From Trichodelitschia bisporula (taxonomy: Eukaryota), in the NCBI GenBank assembly GCA_010356995.1, contig ML996695.1, forward strand, positions 381,061 to 445,060: a stretch of DNA of 64,000 nucleotides, given 5' to 3'. Made by a program: the position numbers and the translations under genes. Below the pieces are notes generated by a model, which did no database searches, was not told the origin of the DNA, and saw only the letters and a program-made list of their open reading frames with translations. This document shows positions 50,669-63,788 of this stretch, in pieces; position 1 is the first letter of the stretch, and each line of letters begins with the position of its first letter.

Positions 50669-51290
50669 ATGGGATGGGGAATTTGGGTCGTGGGCAATGG
50701 CGCTGGAAATGATGAAGTGCCCTGGATCGCTGTGAGTGGTAGGAGAATTATACAGTACGCTTACGCATCGCGAGACCGACTCTGATACCCCTTTGTTCCC
50801 ACTGTGAGCATAAGGCTTAAGTCTGCGGGAATAAAAGGTTGATCGGCTGTCCTCTAGGATGTCCTCCAGTTCTAGGCTGTCTGTCATGCATCGCACTGAG
50901 TTCGAACGCGGGGATGGGAATATGGACGGCGGCACAGTATCACCAGTTGCCACTAATCTGTTCGCCTAAAATCAATAAAGCGGCAAGGATACCTCTCCGT
51001 CGACCCAAAAGCGTAGTGGAACATGTGAGGGGCGAGGAAGTGAAGTTGGATGGACCTGCTTACTTTGGGTATCCCGCGGTCTACGGACCACCATACCCCG
51101 CAGGGTGCACCCCGCATCTCCAATTGCCGCGCGGCGTTACTAACGGAAGGTCGCAGCGCGTGAGAGGGGCGGAGATGGCCTACATATACATCAGCTCACC
51201 GATTTTACCTTTATAACTTTCCCTGGTTCTTTCTGGATTTTTGGATTTTTGGTATCTCTTCTCTTCTGTCACTCACCATTTCCACTCATC

Positions 51291-52330
51291 ATGGCTCCTC
51301 ACGTCGAAGACCCCGTCGTTCTCAGGTCGAAGGAGCAACCCGAGCCTGTGGACCCGGGGACAGCGCTCAAGCTCCAGTTTCCCATGCCACCGACGTTTGA
51401 GGACAAGTACAAGGAGAGGGAATACCTCAAGGGACGGCTTGCCGGCGCATTTCGCATCTTCGGGTAGGTACACGGCGTTCCGTGGCGCATGTGCTGATAT
51501 CGGGAAGCAAGTACGGCTTCGACGAGGGCGTAGTACGTTATCCCCCATTTATGATACCACCCAGCTAACACCTTCAGGCCGGCCACATTACCCTCCGCGT
51601 AAGAAGCTGCACCCGCACTATTCTCGCGCCGACTAAACCCCCAGGACCCCGTCGAGCCAAACACCTTCTGGGTCAACCCCTTCGGCGTCGCCTTCTCCCT
51701 CATCAAAGCGTCAGACCTGATCCGGGTCGACGAGCGCGGGGTCGTCATCGACGGCGGCCCGTGCCGTCTGCTCAACGTAGCGGCGTACATGATCCACGAG
51801 GCGATCCATAAGGCGCGGCCGGACGTCATTGCCGCGGCGCATAGTCACAGCATCTACGGACGGTCGTTTTGCTCGCTTGGGCGCAAGCTGGACATCATTA
51901 CGCAGGATGCCTGCGCGTTTTATGACGTAGGCTTCCCGGGCTGATGGGGTGGTTAGGGGTGCTGACGGGATAGGATCATGTGTTGTACGAGTCATTTAAC
52001 GGCATTGTGCTTGAGGAAAAGGAGGGGAAGGATATTGCGGCGGCTCTGGGACAGAAGAAGGCTGCGTTACTGATTAACCACGGCCTTCTTACTGTGGGAA
52101 AGTCGGTCGAGGAGGCGGTGTTTTGGTTCGTCAGTCTCGAGAAGTGCTGCCAGGCTCAACTGCTGGCGGATGCTGCAGCCGCAGGCAGAGGAGGGGAGAC
52201 GGTCAAGATTGGTGACGAGGAGGCGAAGTATACGTACGCGACGGTCGGCACACCGCTCGGAGGGTGGTTCTCGGCTAAGCCGCTGTTCGATGTGATGCAC
52301 AAGGAAACGAACGGGGACTATCTGAACTGA
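51291..52330 (+). CDS. Class II aldolase/adducin-domain protein (5 exons, including 25-nt and 21-nt exons)
   Basis: RLAGAFRIFG|KYGFDEGV|AGHITLR|DPVEPNTFWVNPFG...AAHSHSIYGR...NHGLLTVG; metal-binding His residues present. Confidence 0.92.
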
Positions 52331-53500
52331 GAGCTGGGCTGGGAGTGTTGAATTGCGCTTTGACGTTGAGTCACATTTCTGCAATGCATAGGGTCGTCGG
52401 TAGGGACTACAAGAATCCACTTTTGATGTACGGGGTCAACGTACCTTGGTTTCGTGAGAGGACGAATGCTTTCGGAAATGGCCTTTGAAAGCTGCAGCTT
52501 CTTGTCTCAACTACGGATGTGCTGAGCGCGGACGAAGCCTCCTTTTACTGGAAATAGTAATCGAGAATCCCATCAATCCATCCATCCATCATAAATTGAT
52601 TGATTGAGAGAACCACCTCGATTGAGCATCGAAGCGCCGTGTACGTCGAGTTCTCTCGAATTGATTCGCCCTTGAGCCAGGTGGAAGTACGGTGCCTCCA
52701 TTGTCGTACGCATGGAATCAAAATATCGTAAGAGGACAGATGCTCTCAGAAATAGCCAGTGAGGGTTGCAACTTCTTGCCTCAACGAGTCAAGAAGCTCA
52801 ATGACGGGTAATGCAACTTAACCGCGGACAAAGTTTCTTTCAGCCTTTTTAAGGTTCCATGCTAGGCCTAGAAAGGCTAGAGCGGCATCATGAGAGATGG
52901 AGTGGAGAGGGGTAGATTAGATGGGAGATAAAATGCATGTCAAAGCTTGATTTCCCGTCAATGGTTGACCCTCGTGGTGACCCTGGGGGGAGAGGATAAC
53001 TTGCTCTTCCATCATCACCTCTCCATCCCCCCCCCCGATGAAGTTATCCCATTCATCATCCGTCACCATTGAACTGACGATGAAGCCGCGACCCCCTGCT
53101 GCTTGAAAAGCCGCAGACGTGCTGTGCGTCATTCGTCACAAGCCACGCAGAAAAGAAAAGCCGAAGAGGTCACGCAAGCGCCTTTCCTTCACGACCAACA
53201 ACCACTACCCAGGGCCCAGGGAGAAGCAGAGCAGAGCACAAGCACAAGTGTCACCAACCATTCTCTTCGTTCAACCCACCCCTTGATCAGCCTCGCCTTT
53301 CTCCGCCGGGAGAATCCTCGCAATTCCGCACTTGGAGTGCTCGCCACCCAACCCCAGCTCCTTCATCCAGCCGTGTACCTTCCCCACTCAGCCATAAATG
53401 CAGACAAAGCGCGCGAGAATGTGAGCAGCGCTGCTCCCTCTCCAACCCGTGAGTGTGCGTCGCAACCAACCGAGACCACTCTTAGTTTCTCCTCCCCGCA

Positions 53501-55117
53501 ATGGCGCGCGCTCCGGATGTTATTTTGATCGCAAGGTGGGTATCTTGTTCCGTGTTGTGACCTGGAACTAACCTTCCCCCCCACCAGGCATGGCACACGC
53601 CTCGACCTCACCCAGCCCAACTGGCACCTCAGCTCGCCGACCCCATACGACCCGCCGCTGACCTACGGCGGCTGGAACCAGTCAAAAGCACTCGGCGTCC
53701 GCGTGGCGAAGATATTGCACGCGCGCGCCCACGCCGCTGGTCGCGACACACAGAATGGCTCGAAGAATAACACACCGGATATCTCGCCTCTCGGGACGCC
53801 GAGCGACAATGGCAGCATAAAGAAAGAAACGCGCCGCAAACCACGTAGGCAGAAAGTCGTCGTACATACCTCGCCCTTCCTCCGCTGCGTGCAGACCTCC
53901 GTGGCTCTCTGCGCAGGCATCGCTCAGGCGACCCAAGAACATCGCCACAAAGAGCGGCGCCGCTCCACGCATGTGCGGCGCCGGTCGCGAGATGTAAATA
54001 TCGAGCTTACCGACGCCGGGGCCTTCGAGGATCACAACGAGATCGTGAAGCCCGTGCTGCGCGTCGATGCCTTCCTCGGCGAGTGGCTGTCGCCCGACTA
54101 CTTCGAGGCGATAACACCGCCACCGGACTCGGCGCTGATGATGGCTGCGGCCAAGGCGGGTCTCCTCCAGCACGAGGAGATCGAGGTGTTCCGCCCCAGT
54201 AACGCGGGCGTCGGGTATTTTCCCGGCGGGTGGTCGGCGGGCGGCACGGACAAGCCGGGCGGTGCGCTGGCACAGGTTTGGCCGTCGTCGCACCGCTCTA
54301 ATAGCTTCAGTGGCGGCAGCAGCGACACCAAGGTCGTGGCGTCAGCTTTTCTGCATACCCCTACTGGGTACGATGCCCCGGTGCCGACCTACGCGATATC
54401 GCCCGCCGATCCCATCCCGCGCGGTTACGTCGCACATGCACGCGACGCATGCGCCGCAGTCGACATTCACTGGGACAGCACGAAGTTACCGCAAAACTGG
54501 GGCGACGGGGGGACGCTACCAGAGGAATGGAGCGCGATGCACCGGCGCTTTCGAAGGGGGTTGCAAGGCGTTGTAGGGTGGTACTCGGGGCACAGACTTG
54601 AGTTTCATCCCGATTCCGAGGACGCAATGACGTTCAAGGAAGAGGAGCAATCTCACAACGACGATGACTACGACCTCGTCGTCGTTCTGGTCACGCATAG
54701 CGCGGGCTGCAACGCCCTCATCGGCGGGCTGACTAACCAACCCGTCCTGCTCGATGCGGGACTTACGTCCCTCACCATGGCTGTGCGCAAGCCCAACGCC
54801 CCTGAATCCACCCTTCCTACCCGCCCACACCCCGACCGCCTGCTCTCCGACAGCGGTCTCGCGGGGCAGTATTCAGTGCCCATCCTAGCGTCAACGGACC
54901 ATCTTCGCGTCACACCGGACGCGGGCCGGCTGACTTCCCTGCCCTCGACACGGCTCGTACAATCGATACCGACATATCCGCGCCTGCACCCCGAGATGGC
55001 TCCGCCGAGGCCGTCGAATAGCGCGCTCGGGAGTATACGCCGCGCTTCGGCCACGCCATCTGCCACGCCGTCGTCGGCGTCTTTATCGCGGGGGGGGAGC
55101 ACGGGGGGCACGTGGAG

Positions 55118-55151
<34 letters not shown>

Positions 55152-55451
55152 ACTTCGAGGAGCAGTAGCGGGCTTTGGAGTAGGCCTGTGGTTGGAGGGG
55201 GAAATGGTGGAGGGGAGAAGGAGAAGGAGAAGGATACGGCGCACGTGGTTTCAGTGTCATTTGCTCCGGAGTTGGAGATTGCACCTGCGGTATCGTTGGC
55301 TCCGTCGCTCTCTCCCACGGTTTTGATTTCTCCGCCTGGTGCGGGCCGGACGATGACGCATCTTGCGCCTGGTGGGCAGGCGGGTTTGTGGCGGCCCGGG
55401 GCGCTGGCGGTGCAGAAAAGACGATGGACGACGCATGAGAGTGATGCGTGA
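53501..55451 (+). CDS. Histidine phosphatase / phosphoglycerate mutase family protein (intron 53536-53587)
   Basis: ILIARHG (spliced within the Arg codon), DPPLTYGGW, HTSPFLRCVQT, LVTHSAGCNAL. Confidence 0.9.
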
Positions 55452-55964
55452 GGGTTATGAGGTATGAGATATGATATGTGGTGATGATATATACCAGCAG
55501 GGCGTCGGTAGGGGAGTCCTTGTAACATACTGGTAGTTGATAGCGGGTATTGGTTCTCCTCTAATGGTAATGGCTGGATTAAAGCGAACTTGATATACTG
55601 TCGATATTCAGCCTTGCATCTGATTTCAAGCTTCATGAGCTGTGAAGCTTCAGCTACCTGCAATATCTCAGCTAGCCATCCATCACGATAAATTTGAGGG
55701 TCACATACTGCAGGTGGTAAGACTCAGGTGACATCGCGTCGAACCCCGCGTCCCCGCACTCTCCACTTAGTCCCCACTGCAGGGTAACCTTAGCTGCATG
55801 CATGCGCTGGACGTCACAGCTGAGCGATGCACGACCTCCGCCGGCCACAGTCATCTCGATAGCAAGCAAAATTACTCTACACCTCCCCTCCATACACCCA
55901 ATCCCCATTCTCTTCCTTCTCCAGCTTCACAACCTCTCATCGTTATCCCGGTCCGTCGCCCACC

Positions 55965-58037
55965 ATGAGCTTGCCGGACAACGCCGTTACCGTCCACGCC
56001 CCGGACCCCGCCCCCACCTCCCCGCCCACCGTCCGCATCCTGCACTTCAACGACGTCTACCACGTCGACGCCTCCTCCGCTGAGCCCGTAGGCGGGATAT
56101 CGCGCTTCCAAGCTGCGGTAAACTACTACCGGTCCTCGGCGGAATACGCAAGTCAACCGGACCTCGTCACCGTCTTCTCCGGCGATGCGTTTAATCCGAG
56201 CTTGGAGAGCAGTGTGACGAAGGGCGCGCATATGGTGCCTGTGTTGAATAATATCGGGACGGATGTTGCGTGTGTGGGCGTGGGTTTACCCCCTCCCCCC
56301 AGGGGGCCAGGCTAACGGGCACAGAATCATGATCTCGATTTTGGAGTAGCGCAGTTCGAGCATCTGAGCAAGCAATGCCACTTCCCCTGGCTGCTCGCCA
56401 ACGTTCTCGACCCAGGCCTCGGCCCCGACGTTCCGCTCGGCCACGCGAGGAAAACGCACCTGCACACCACCTCCTCAGGCCTAAAGATCGGGTTCATAGG
56501 CCTCGCGGAGAAGGAATGGCTCGAGACCATCAACTCGCTGCCGCCGGACCTGATTTTTCAGGAGCCCGCTACTGTGGCCGCTGAGCTGGTCCCCGGGCTA
56601 AGGGCCGAAGGTGCAGAGATTGTGGTGGCGATTACGCATATGCGCGAGCCGAATGATTGGAAGCTGGCGGAGGAAGTGGAGTCGGGATTATTGGACCTGG
56701 TCCTCGGGGGGCATGATCACTTCTACGCGCACAAGGAAACGAACGGGGTGCACGTCCTACGCTCCGGGAGCGACTTCAAGCAGCTCTCCTACCTCGAAGG
56801 CTGGAAAAGCGAACACGGGCCGTGGGCCTGGCGCATCTCCCGCCGCGACATCACATCCTCGTACCCACAGGACGCAGCAGCAGTGGAACTTGTCAGGCAG
56901 CTAACGAACACGCTGCACAAGAAGCTAGACAGGCCGATCGGGTACACGGCCCAGCCGCTCGACGCGCGCTTCACGACGGTCCGCACAAGGGAGAGCAATA
57001 TCGGCAATTTTGTCGCGGATGTAATGCGCAGTTATTATGGCGGGGATGCGTGTCTTATGGCAGCTGGCACGATAAGAGGGGATCAGATTTATGGGCCGGG
57101 GGTGCTTAAGTTGAGGGATATCATGAATTGGTGAGTTGGGCCCAGGGAGGGGAGGGTTAGTTCGAGTACGGGCGAGACTGATAGGGAGCCAGTTTCCCGT
57201 TCGAGGATCCCGTCGTTGTGATCCGTGTCACGGGCAAGGCCCTCCACGAGGCGCTAGAGAACTCGGTTGCGCTGTACCCCGCGCTGGAAGGTGCGTATCC
57301 CTCACATACCGGGCGAGGCTGACTCCCCAGGCCGCTTCCCTCAAGTCTCAAACATAACCTTCTCCTTCAACCCATCCCTCGCCCGCGGCTCACGCGTCAC
57401 ACACGTCGCTGTCGGCGACGCCCCGCTCGACCCCAAGCGGGAATACACCCTGGTCACGCGCGGGTACATGGCGCGCGGCAAGGACGGGTACAGTTCGCTA
57501 CTTATCCGGGCCGAGGGGGGCGAGACGGAAGAGGTTGTGTCCGAGGAGAATGGGGTGCTGATTAGCACGCTGCTGAGGCAGTATTTTTTGTCTTTGAAGG
57601 TGTTGGGGAGGTGGAGGAGGTGGGGCGGGGGGTTGGAGACGCATTGGGCTGCGGTGCAGGAGAGCCTTGTTAAGGGGGGGGCGGGGGGGTTGGTTGATGG
57701 GACGGCGGGGGCGAGGGCGCGGGAGGGTGGGGATGCCGGGAAGGGGAAAGTAGGGAAGGAGATCCGCGAGACGGAGTTGAATCTCTCGGATGATGATGAT
57801 GAGGCGCCTGAGCGGGCTGTTTGTTCGGCGGCGTCGGGGATGCGGGAGCTGGATGAGAGGGAGCGCGGACTTGCGAGGCGGGTGGTGCGGAAGTGGTGGC
57901 GGGTTGCGGGACTCAAGGGCGAGCCTGGGGTTGGGGAGGGGTGGGGAGAGGGCGAGTTCGTGGTTAATTGGACGAAGGCTATTGCGCCGAGGGTGGAGGG
58001 GAGGATTAAGCTGGTTGGGAAGGAGGAGAAAAAGTAG
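55965..58037 (+). CDS. 5'-nucleotidase family (calcineurin-like metallophosphoesterase + C-terminal domain); introns 56280-56324, 57131-57192, 57291-57330
   Basis: HFNDVY, FSGDAF, G|NHDLDFG, ITHMR, LGGHDH, RESNIGNFVAD, GTIRGD, FPFED, GRFPQVS, GKDGY. Confidence 0.93.
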
Positions 58038-58619
58038 AGGCGGATGGGGGGAGATGACACGGAGGGATAGACGGGAGGGCGGCGGTAGACTAGAACTAAA
58101 CGACGGATACGGGAACGGGTAACGGGTGACGCTCGGCTCGGGTAGTGGAATTGATCCTATGTTCTCATCCCGCCTTAACGCTGAGGGGGGGTTGCCTCCG
58201 CTTTGCAAGGCGGTCGTTATGTGGAATTTAACCGTCACGAGGTTAGACATCAGAGGAACAGATTAGGATACACTCTTCTCGTTCATTATAGAACTTCGCC
58301 GCCGCGGAAAGGTACATTCCTCTCAGTTCTTTTGATGCACCCTTCCGCGGCAGCCAAGTTCTGTAAAACGAGCGTGCTGCAGTGGTCATCAAAGACCGAT
58401 GATGTGGCGGCCTTCGTGCCTACATAGTCTTCCAGAACTGTAGAGGTCAATCTAGCCGGGAGGCGTATACCAAGGCAATAAAGGGACAAACCAAATCATC
58501 GGGGTCTACTCTAAAGCAAGCGGCGTCTGCCTAGGGTCTTTGCAAGTAGGCAAGGGCATAAATAGTGAGGGAGACGTATAGAGAAACTTACAGTACACCA
58601 TTGAACTCTCCCCAGCCCG

Positions 58620-59243
58620 ATGACTCCCACCAAAGACGCGATGCCCGAGTCAAGGGGACCTTTGGCCAAGGCGCCGTGGGTGGCCCCCAACCGTCCGGGC
58701 GACCTCTCCCGATTTACAACCAAAGCCATCATCCACTACATCGCTAAAGAACTCGAAGTTGTTGAGGACGAGGCCGACGAAAACGGCTAGGATCTTAAAA
58801 AGCGCTGCGAGGTGCTCGAAAGGCGCTGCGAGGCGCTCGAAAAACGCTGCAGACTCTTGGACAGCGGTGTGGAAGCCCACGTGAAGGAGCTGGATACCAA
58901 GATCGCGGCTTCCGTGAGTGATGCCGAGGAGCGATACGAGCGTTTGGACAGACAACTGAAAAATTTCAAGAAGAGACTGGATGCCATGTTCGCGGCTTCC
59001 CTGGGTGACGGGACTGGAAAGCGGAAAAGACACATGAAGGAAGATATTCCGCCAATTTCAAAGCGAGCTAAAATCATGTGAGATTTTCTAGGGAAGAGTC
59101 CGGCTAAGTCGCACGCGGCTGAGCCTGCACCTGAGTCTGAGCCTGAGCCTGAGCTCGGCAGGGAGGATGAGACGTTGGAGGAATATGACGAAGAGGAGTC
59201 TGTGCCAGATGACTACTATGAAGTTAAGAGCGAGGCGAAGTAG
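58620..59243 (+). pseudogene. Probable pseudogene: 208-codon coiled-coil/acidic-tail frame broken by TAG (58788) and TGA (59079)
   Basis: One frame runs from ATG 58620 to TAG 59243 and reads as coherent protein (heptad repeats LKKRCEV/LERRCEA/LEKRCRL, KRKR, acidic tail) apart from two internal stops. Confidence 0.55.
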
Positions 59244-60151
59244 ATATTGGCGCTGTTGTAGTTGCTCTGGTGTTCCTAAAGTTCCTGAAGGCGTCTTCCG
59301 TAACGCAATGCAGAGGTTATCTCGTCGCTTTCGTGAGCGGTGCCCGTGGTACGCACTGATACTTTCCTGTCCCGATCTCGTTCTTTGCTGATGTCTGTGC
59401 CACCCGTGTCCTTGTGCCTTGAGTCCTTACCAGATAGTCTTGCACGCTATAGTATTGATGGGTGGGACGACAAGGCATAGCGGGAAGGCGATATCCTCCA
59501 AACACTGGGATTAGAACAGCGGAATAGAGTCGGAGTCGGGAACAGCTCCGAAAACTTCACTCAGAACTTGGCCTCGAAATTACTGGCACATCTCCAAGGC
59601 TTACTGGGGCCAGATAAAGGCTTGATTCGACGTACGTAGATCTTAAGAGACGCGAATGGAAATGGCGCTGCAGAGCGCAGACGAAGAAACTGCTGAAAGA
59701 GTTGACGTCGAGAAGTCGAGACGTCGCAATAACGTCATATTAAGGCTTGACGCCACACCCCAAGTCCACCATTCCCACTCGCACTTTGCCATCATTCGAC
59801 CCTCAGGCTGCCGACAAACATATCTTATCCAACAAGCACATCACCTCTTTTGCGTCCAACGATCAACACTGGTCACATCTCCGCGCCGATTCCCTGATTT
59901 CTGCTCAATTCCTTCCCTTGCAATTGACGTCGGTGGATTGATGATTAAGCAAGATCTTCACCACTGCCCAACACTGACCGGACAGTTTGAGCTCCCCGCT
60001 CCGCGGCGCAGCACAGCGCAGCTCGTGTGCTGCAGCTCGTATGCAGCCCAACAGAGCAACTGCAGACGAACGACCACATGATAGCGCGACGCCGACTGCT
60101 GCGTCTAGGGAGCGCTGGTGCACCGCGTCGCGTTCTTTTTGCTTCACATTG

Positions 60152-60555
60152 CTATGACTGGACCGATGTCCGCTGTCGAAGGCTATGGAAGAGACGAATT
60201 AGGAGTCTATCCAATGCTACGACGACGCGGCGTAGAGCGCCATGATGACCACGACGTGAGGGGCTAAGCTGATGCTAACTGAGAAGCGAGAATACGATGA
60301 ACCCCTGACTTCGCGAGCGGGAAATTGTCCGGAAATCAGCTCGGCATCGCGATGACTGGACGGATATCTGCTATCCAAAGCAGCGCCAAATGGGAATTGT
60401 CCAATGTTACAACGGCTCAACAATGAGCTGCCGTGACTCCCACGGCGTTCGAGGCCGAACCAATGCTAACTGAGAAGCGATTCATATGTGCGACAAATCG
60501 TCCGGCTTCGAGAGCGAAAATCGTCCGAGAAAGCATCGTCGATTCTTGCATCGGC
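60152..60555. repeat. Degenerate ~200-bp tandem duplication (2 units)
   Basis: Collinear shared blocks ATGACTGGAC, TCCAATG(C/T)TAC, exact ATGCTAACTGAGAAGCGA (60272 and 60463), CTTCG(C/A)GAGCG. Confidence 0.75.
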
Positions 60556-61376
60556 GCACTCATCTGCGCCAAAGAATCTCCAGCATCTGCAGACGCGGCA
60601 GCACCTGCTGCTGATGCATCACGGATCGCTTAGAATCGGCATCTTGCGGTCTTTGACGGTTCAATTCTGACAATTGAGTTCGAATGTGTTAGCCGGACCC
60701 TCCGATATCGGCGAAGATAACATAACCGGGTGATGGACCAAGAGGACCCACCCCCGCCTCAACATCGACACCAATCGCCGGGCCCCATATCGTTAAAGAC
60801 GAGGCTACCAGGCTGCAGCGCAAGCCCCGAACCTGCATCCCGATGCGCCTCCGGCCAGCTGCACTCGCTCGCGTGCCCAGCGGAAGGTCAAAGGTGCTTC
60901 GCGGGTCTTCCATCCTTCCAGCCCCAGGCCTAAGTATATCGGTGCATGCGGCATGCGGCATTGAGGCTGGGCGGTAGTTGAGAAATCAGCGCCGCGGAGA
61001 AATGCTGGGGTGCTGATGCAAACCCATGTCAATGGCTGCCGAACGGACCAATCTCCTCGAGGTTCTCCACTTGAGCGCAGAGGCGGGGCAACATGTCATA
61101 CGCCTTCCGCATATCCAACCCGTTTTTGAACGCGCGCCCTATGCATGTACTCTGGCTTCCGCTTTGGGCTTGGTCTTCTTGACCAGGCTTTGCTCTGAGT
61201 CGAAAGCACGTAAGGGTGAGTTGAGCCTGGACGACCTTCCTATTAAAAAAAACTGGTCGCCACAGACCTCGACTTCTCGAATTTCCTAATCTCATCTACT
61301 ATTCATTGATCCGTTGATTCCGCGCTCAACATCTTTCTCTCCCCGTGACGGGCCGAGCCGTCGCTTAACCATCGTC

Positions 61377-63788
61377 ATGGAGCACCAGCAAGCAGACATG
61401 GCCGATTACTTTGACTTCACCGGTGCAGCCGAGGAGTTATCGGCGCAGGACCTCTCTGCGGCAGGCTTTTCGGCGGCGGACTTTCCGGCGGTGGATTTCT
61501 CAGCAGCGGGCTTTTCGGCAGAGGACTTTTCGGCAGGGGATTTTACGGCCGAGATGCTGGATGCATTTCCTCTCGAGGCTCCGCTCTCCGGCGAAGTGCC
61601 GAGTATATCGCCCGTATCGGATCAATCCATGGAATCATATCCGGATGAAGGGTGAGCCACGTCGTCGGCCATGGTGCCACCAGTGCTCACATGCCTCAGT
61701 GTTCACACCGAGTTCGGTATCGCGCAGGAGGACTTTGATTACACCAACTTTGCCAAATGGATACCACGCTACAAGAAGCCACATCACGGCTGCACCTACT
61801 GCAAAGAGAAGCACCTGGAGTGCTGGTTTACATACGAGGGCCAGACTAGCTGCTCACCATGCAGTGCCTTGTTCCGCCACTGTTCGTTCAACTTGCAGGA
61901 GGCCCGCTCCACTGCCCACATGGAAGCATTACATACGGTGCAGGAGGATCAGTGTATCCAGAACGGGACTCTCACTAACCTGGTCGCCCTCAAGTCCTAT
62001 GACCGCACCGCTCTCGAACCTCAAGCCGAGGAAGACGACGATGACGATGAAAGGCCCTCGCGCAAGACGGGCACGCGATTCTCGCGGGCGGCTGTCAAGA
62101 TTCTGAAAGATTGGATGGAGCAGCACCGCGAGAACCCTTACCCGACCGATACCGAGAAAGAGCACCTCAAGGTGCTCACCGGGCTCAAGCTGATACAGAT
62201 CAACAACTGGCTCGCAAACACCCGGCGGCGACACAAGCTGCGGACCCCTCGCGGTGTGTCGCCGAGCATCCGATCACCGACGTGGCCGACAGGTGCTTCT
62301 CGGCCCGTCAGCATACCAACCATCCCGGCCGACAAGCGCAGCATCAACCACCATGGCAAGACCTGGGACATCATGAACCCTCTCGAACGTTGGCAGCACT
62401 CTCCGCCGGAAAATGAACCGGCCTCCGTGTCCGACATTGCCAACGCTCTTAAAAGTCGGATCAGCCCCGGCAGCTCGACTCCGTCGAGCCAAGGCAATGG
62501 GCCGTCCAGTCACTCGGCTGGGTCGGCCCATCGGGCGCCGTCAATTGCCAGTTTGGAGACGGGACAGTCGGATTCGCTGCTGTCCAGCGGCTCATTGTCG
62601 CACGCATCCTCCAAGTCTTATGGCTCCAAAAACTCGTTTGGCTCGTACGGCAGTGGTCACAAGGACCGCAGACGGCGGCGCCGGACCGCGGCTAACCCGT
62701 CGCGCACTGCGCCCGTAACCCAAGAGCGCCTGTTCCAGTGCACATTCTGCACCGACACCTTCCGAACCAAGTTCGACTGGACACGGCACGAGAAGTCGTT
62801 GCATCTGAGTTTGGAAAAGTGGATATGCGCCCCGCTCGGGCCCGTTATCACGTCCAAAACTGGACAGCGACAGTGCGTGTACTGCCTGGAGCTCAATCCG
62901 ACCGACGACCACCTCGAGACCCACGGCCACAGCTTGTGTGAGGAGAAGGGCATGGATGCGCGCACCTTCTACCGCAAAGATCACCTGCGACAACATCTGC
63001 GCCTCGTGCACGGGTGCAAAATGCTCGAATCTATGGATGCATGGAAATCAGAGGCCGCCTATATCAACAGCCGCTGCGGATTCTGTGACGCGCATTTCAC
63101 AAACTGGCAGGAGCGCTGCGACCACCTGGCGAAGCACTTCCGCTCCGGCATGAAAATGAGCGGGTGGAAAGGCTGTCGCGGACTGGACTCCGCTGTTGCC
63201 GCGCAGGTCACCAACGCCATGCCGCCTTACCTTATTGGTCACGAGTCCAAAAGCCCGATCCCCTTCAGTGCTTCTAACGCGAACACCTGGTTATGCGGGC
63301 GAGGCATTGCACCGAGCCTTGAGGCTGCCTGTGGGACCGACGGAGTCTCCGTAAATGATCCTCAGATGGCGCGGTACTTTGACTACAGCTACGATTTGCC
63401 AGAGTCCGGCATTACTCGCTCCGGTGCAACAACGTGCTGGGCTATCTTGACGGTCGGCCTGGGGCAGTATGTGCGCGAGCAACTGCGGATAGCACAGGAA
63501 ACCGGCGTGCAGGTTCAACTGACGGATGAACACCTGCAAGACCAAGCGCGGCGCATCATGTACGACTCTGACGACACGTGGAATCAGACGGCAGCGGACA
63601 ATCCGGAGTGGTTAGAGCTGTTCAAAAAGGCACATGGGCTGCCTAATGTCGCCAAGGATATCCGGGTGGACTTGGATGAGGATTTGGGAGCCAACGTGGA
63701 TGAGCTGAATTTTGACATGTTCTTCCTTGATCCGGGATGGGATGTGGATGTTGCGGCCGGCTTTGGCGTGCCGGTACAGGGCTTTTAA
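61377..63788 (+). CDS. Homeobox (TALE/KN-type) plus C2H2 zinc-finger transcription factor with a Zn2Cys6-like N-terminal cluster; intron 61652-61699
   Basis: CTYCKEKHLEC...CSPCSALFRHC; homeodomain ILKDW..HRENPYPT...QINNWLANTRRR; FQCTFCTDTF..DWTRHEKSLH; FYRKDHLRQHLRLVH. Confidence 0.93.
61437..61553 (+). repeat. 15-bp coding tandem repeat (about 8 units, F-S-A-x-D/G)
   Basis: LSAQD LSAAG FSAAD FPAVD FSAAG FSAED FSAGD FTAE. Confidence 0.85.
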
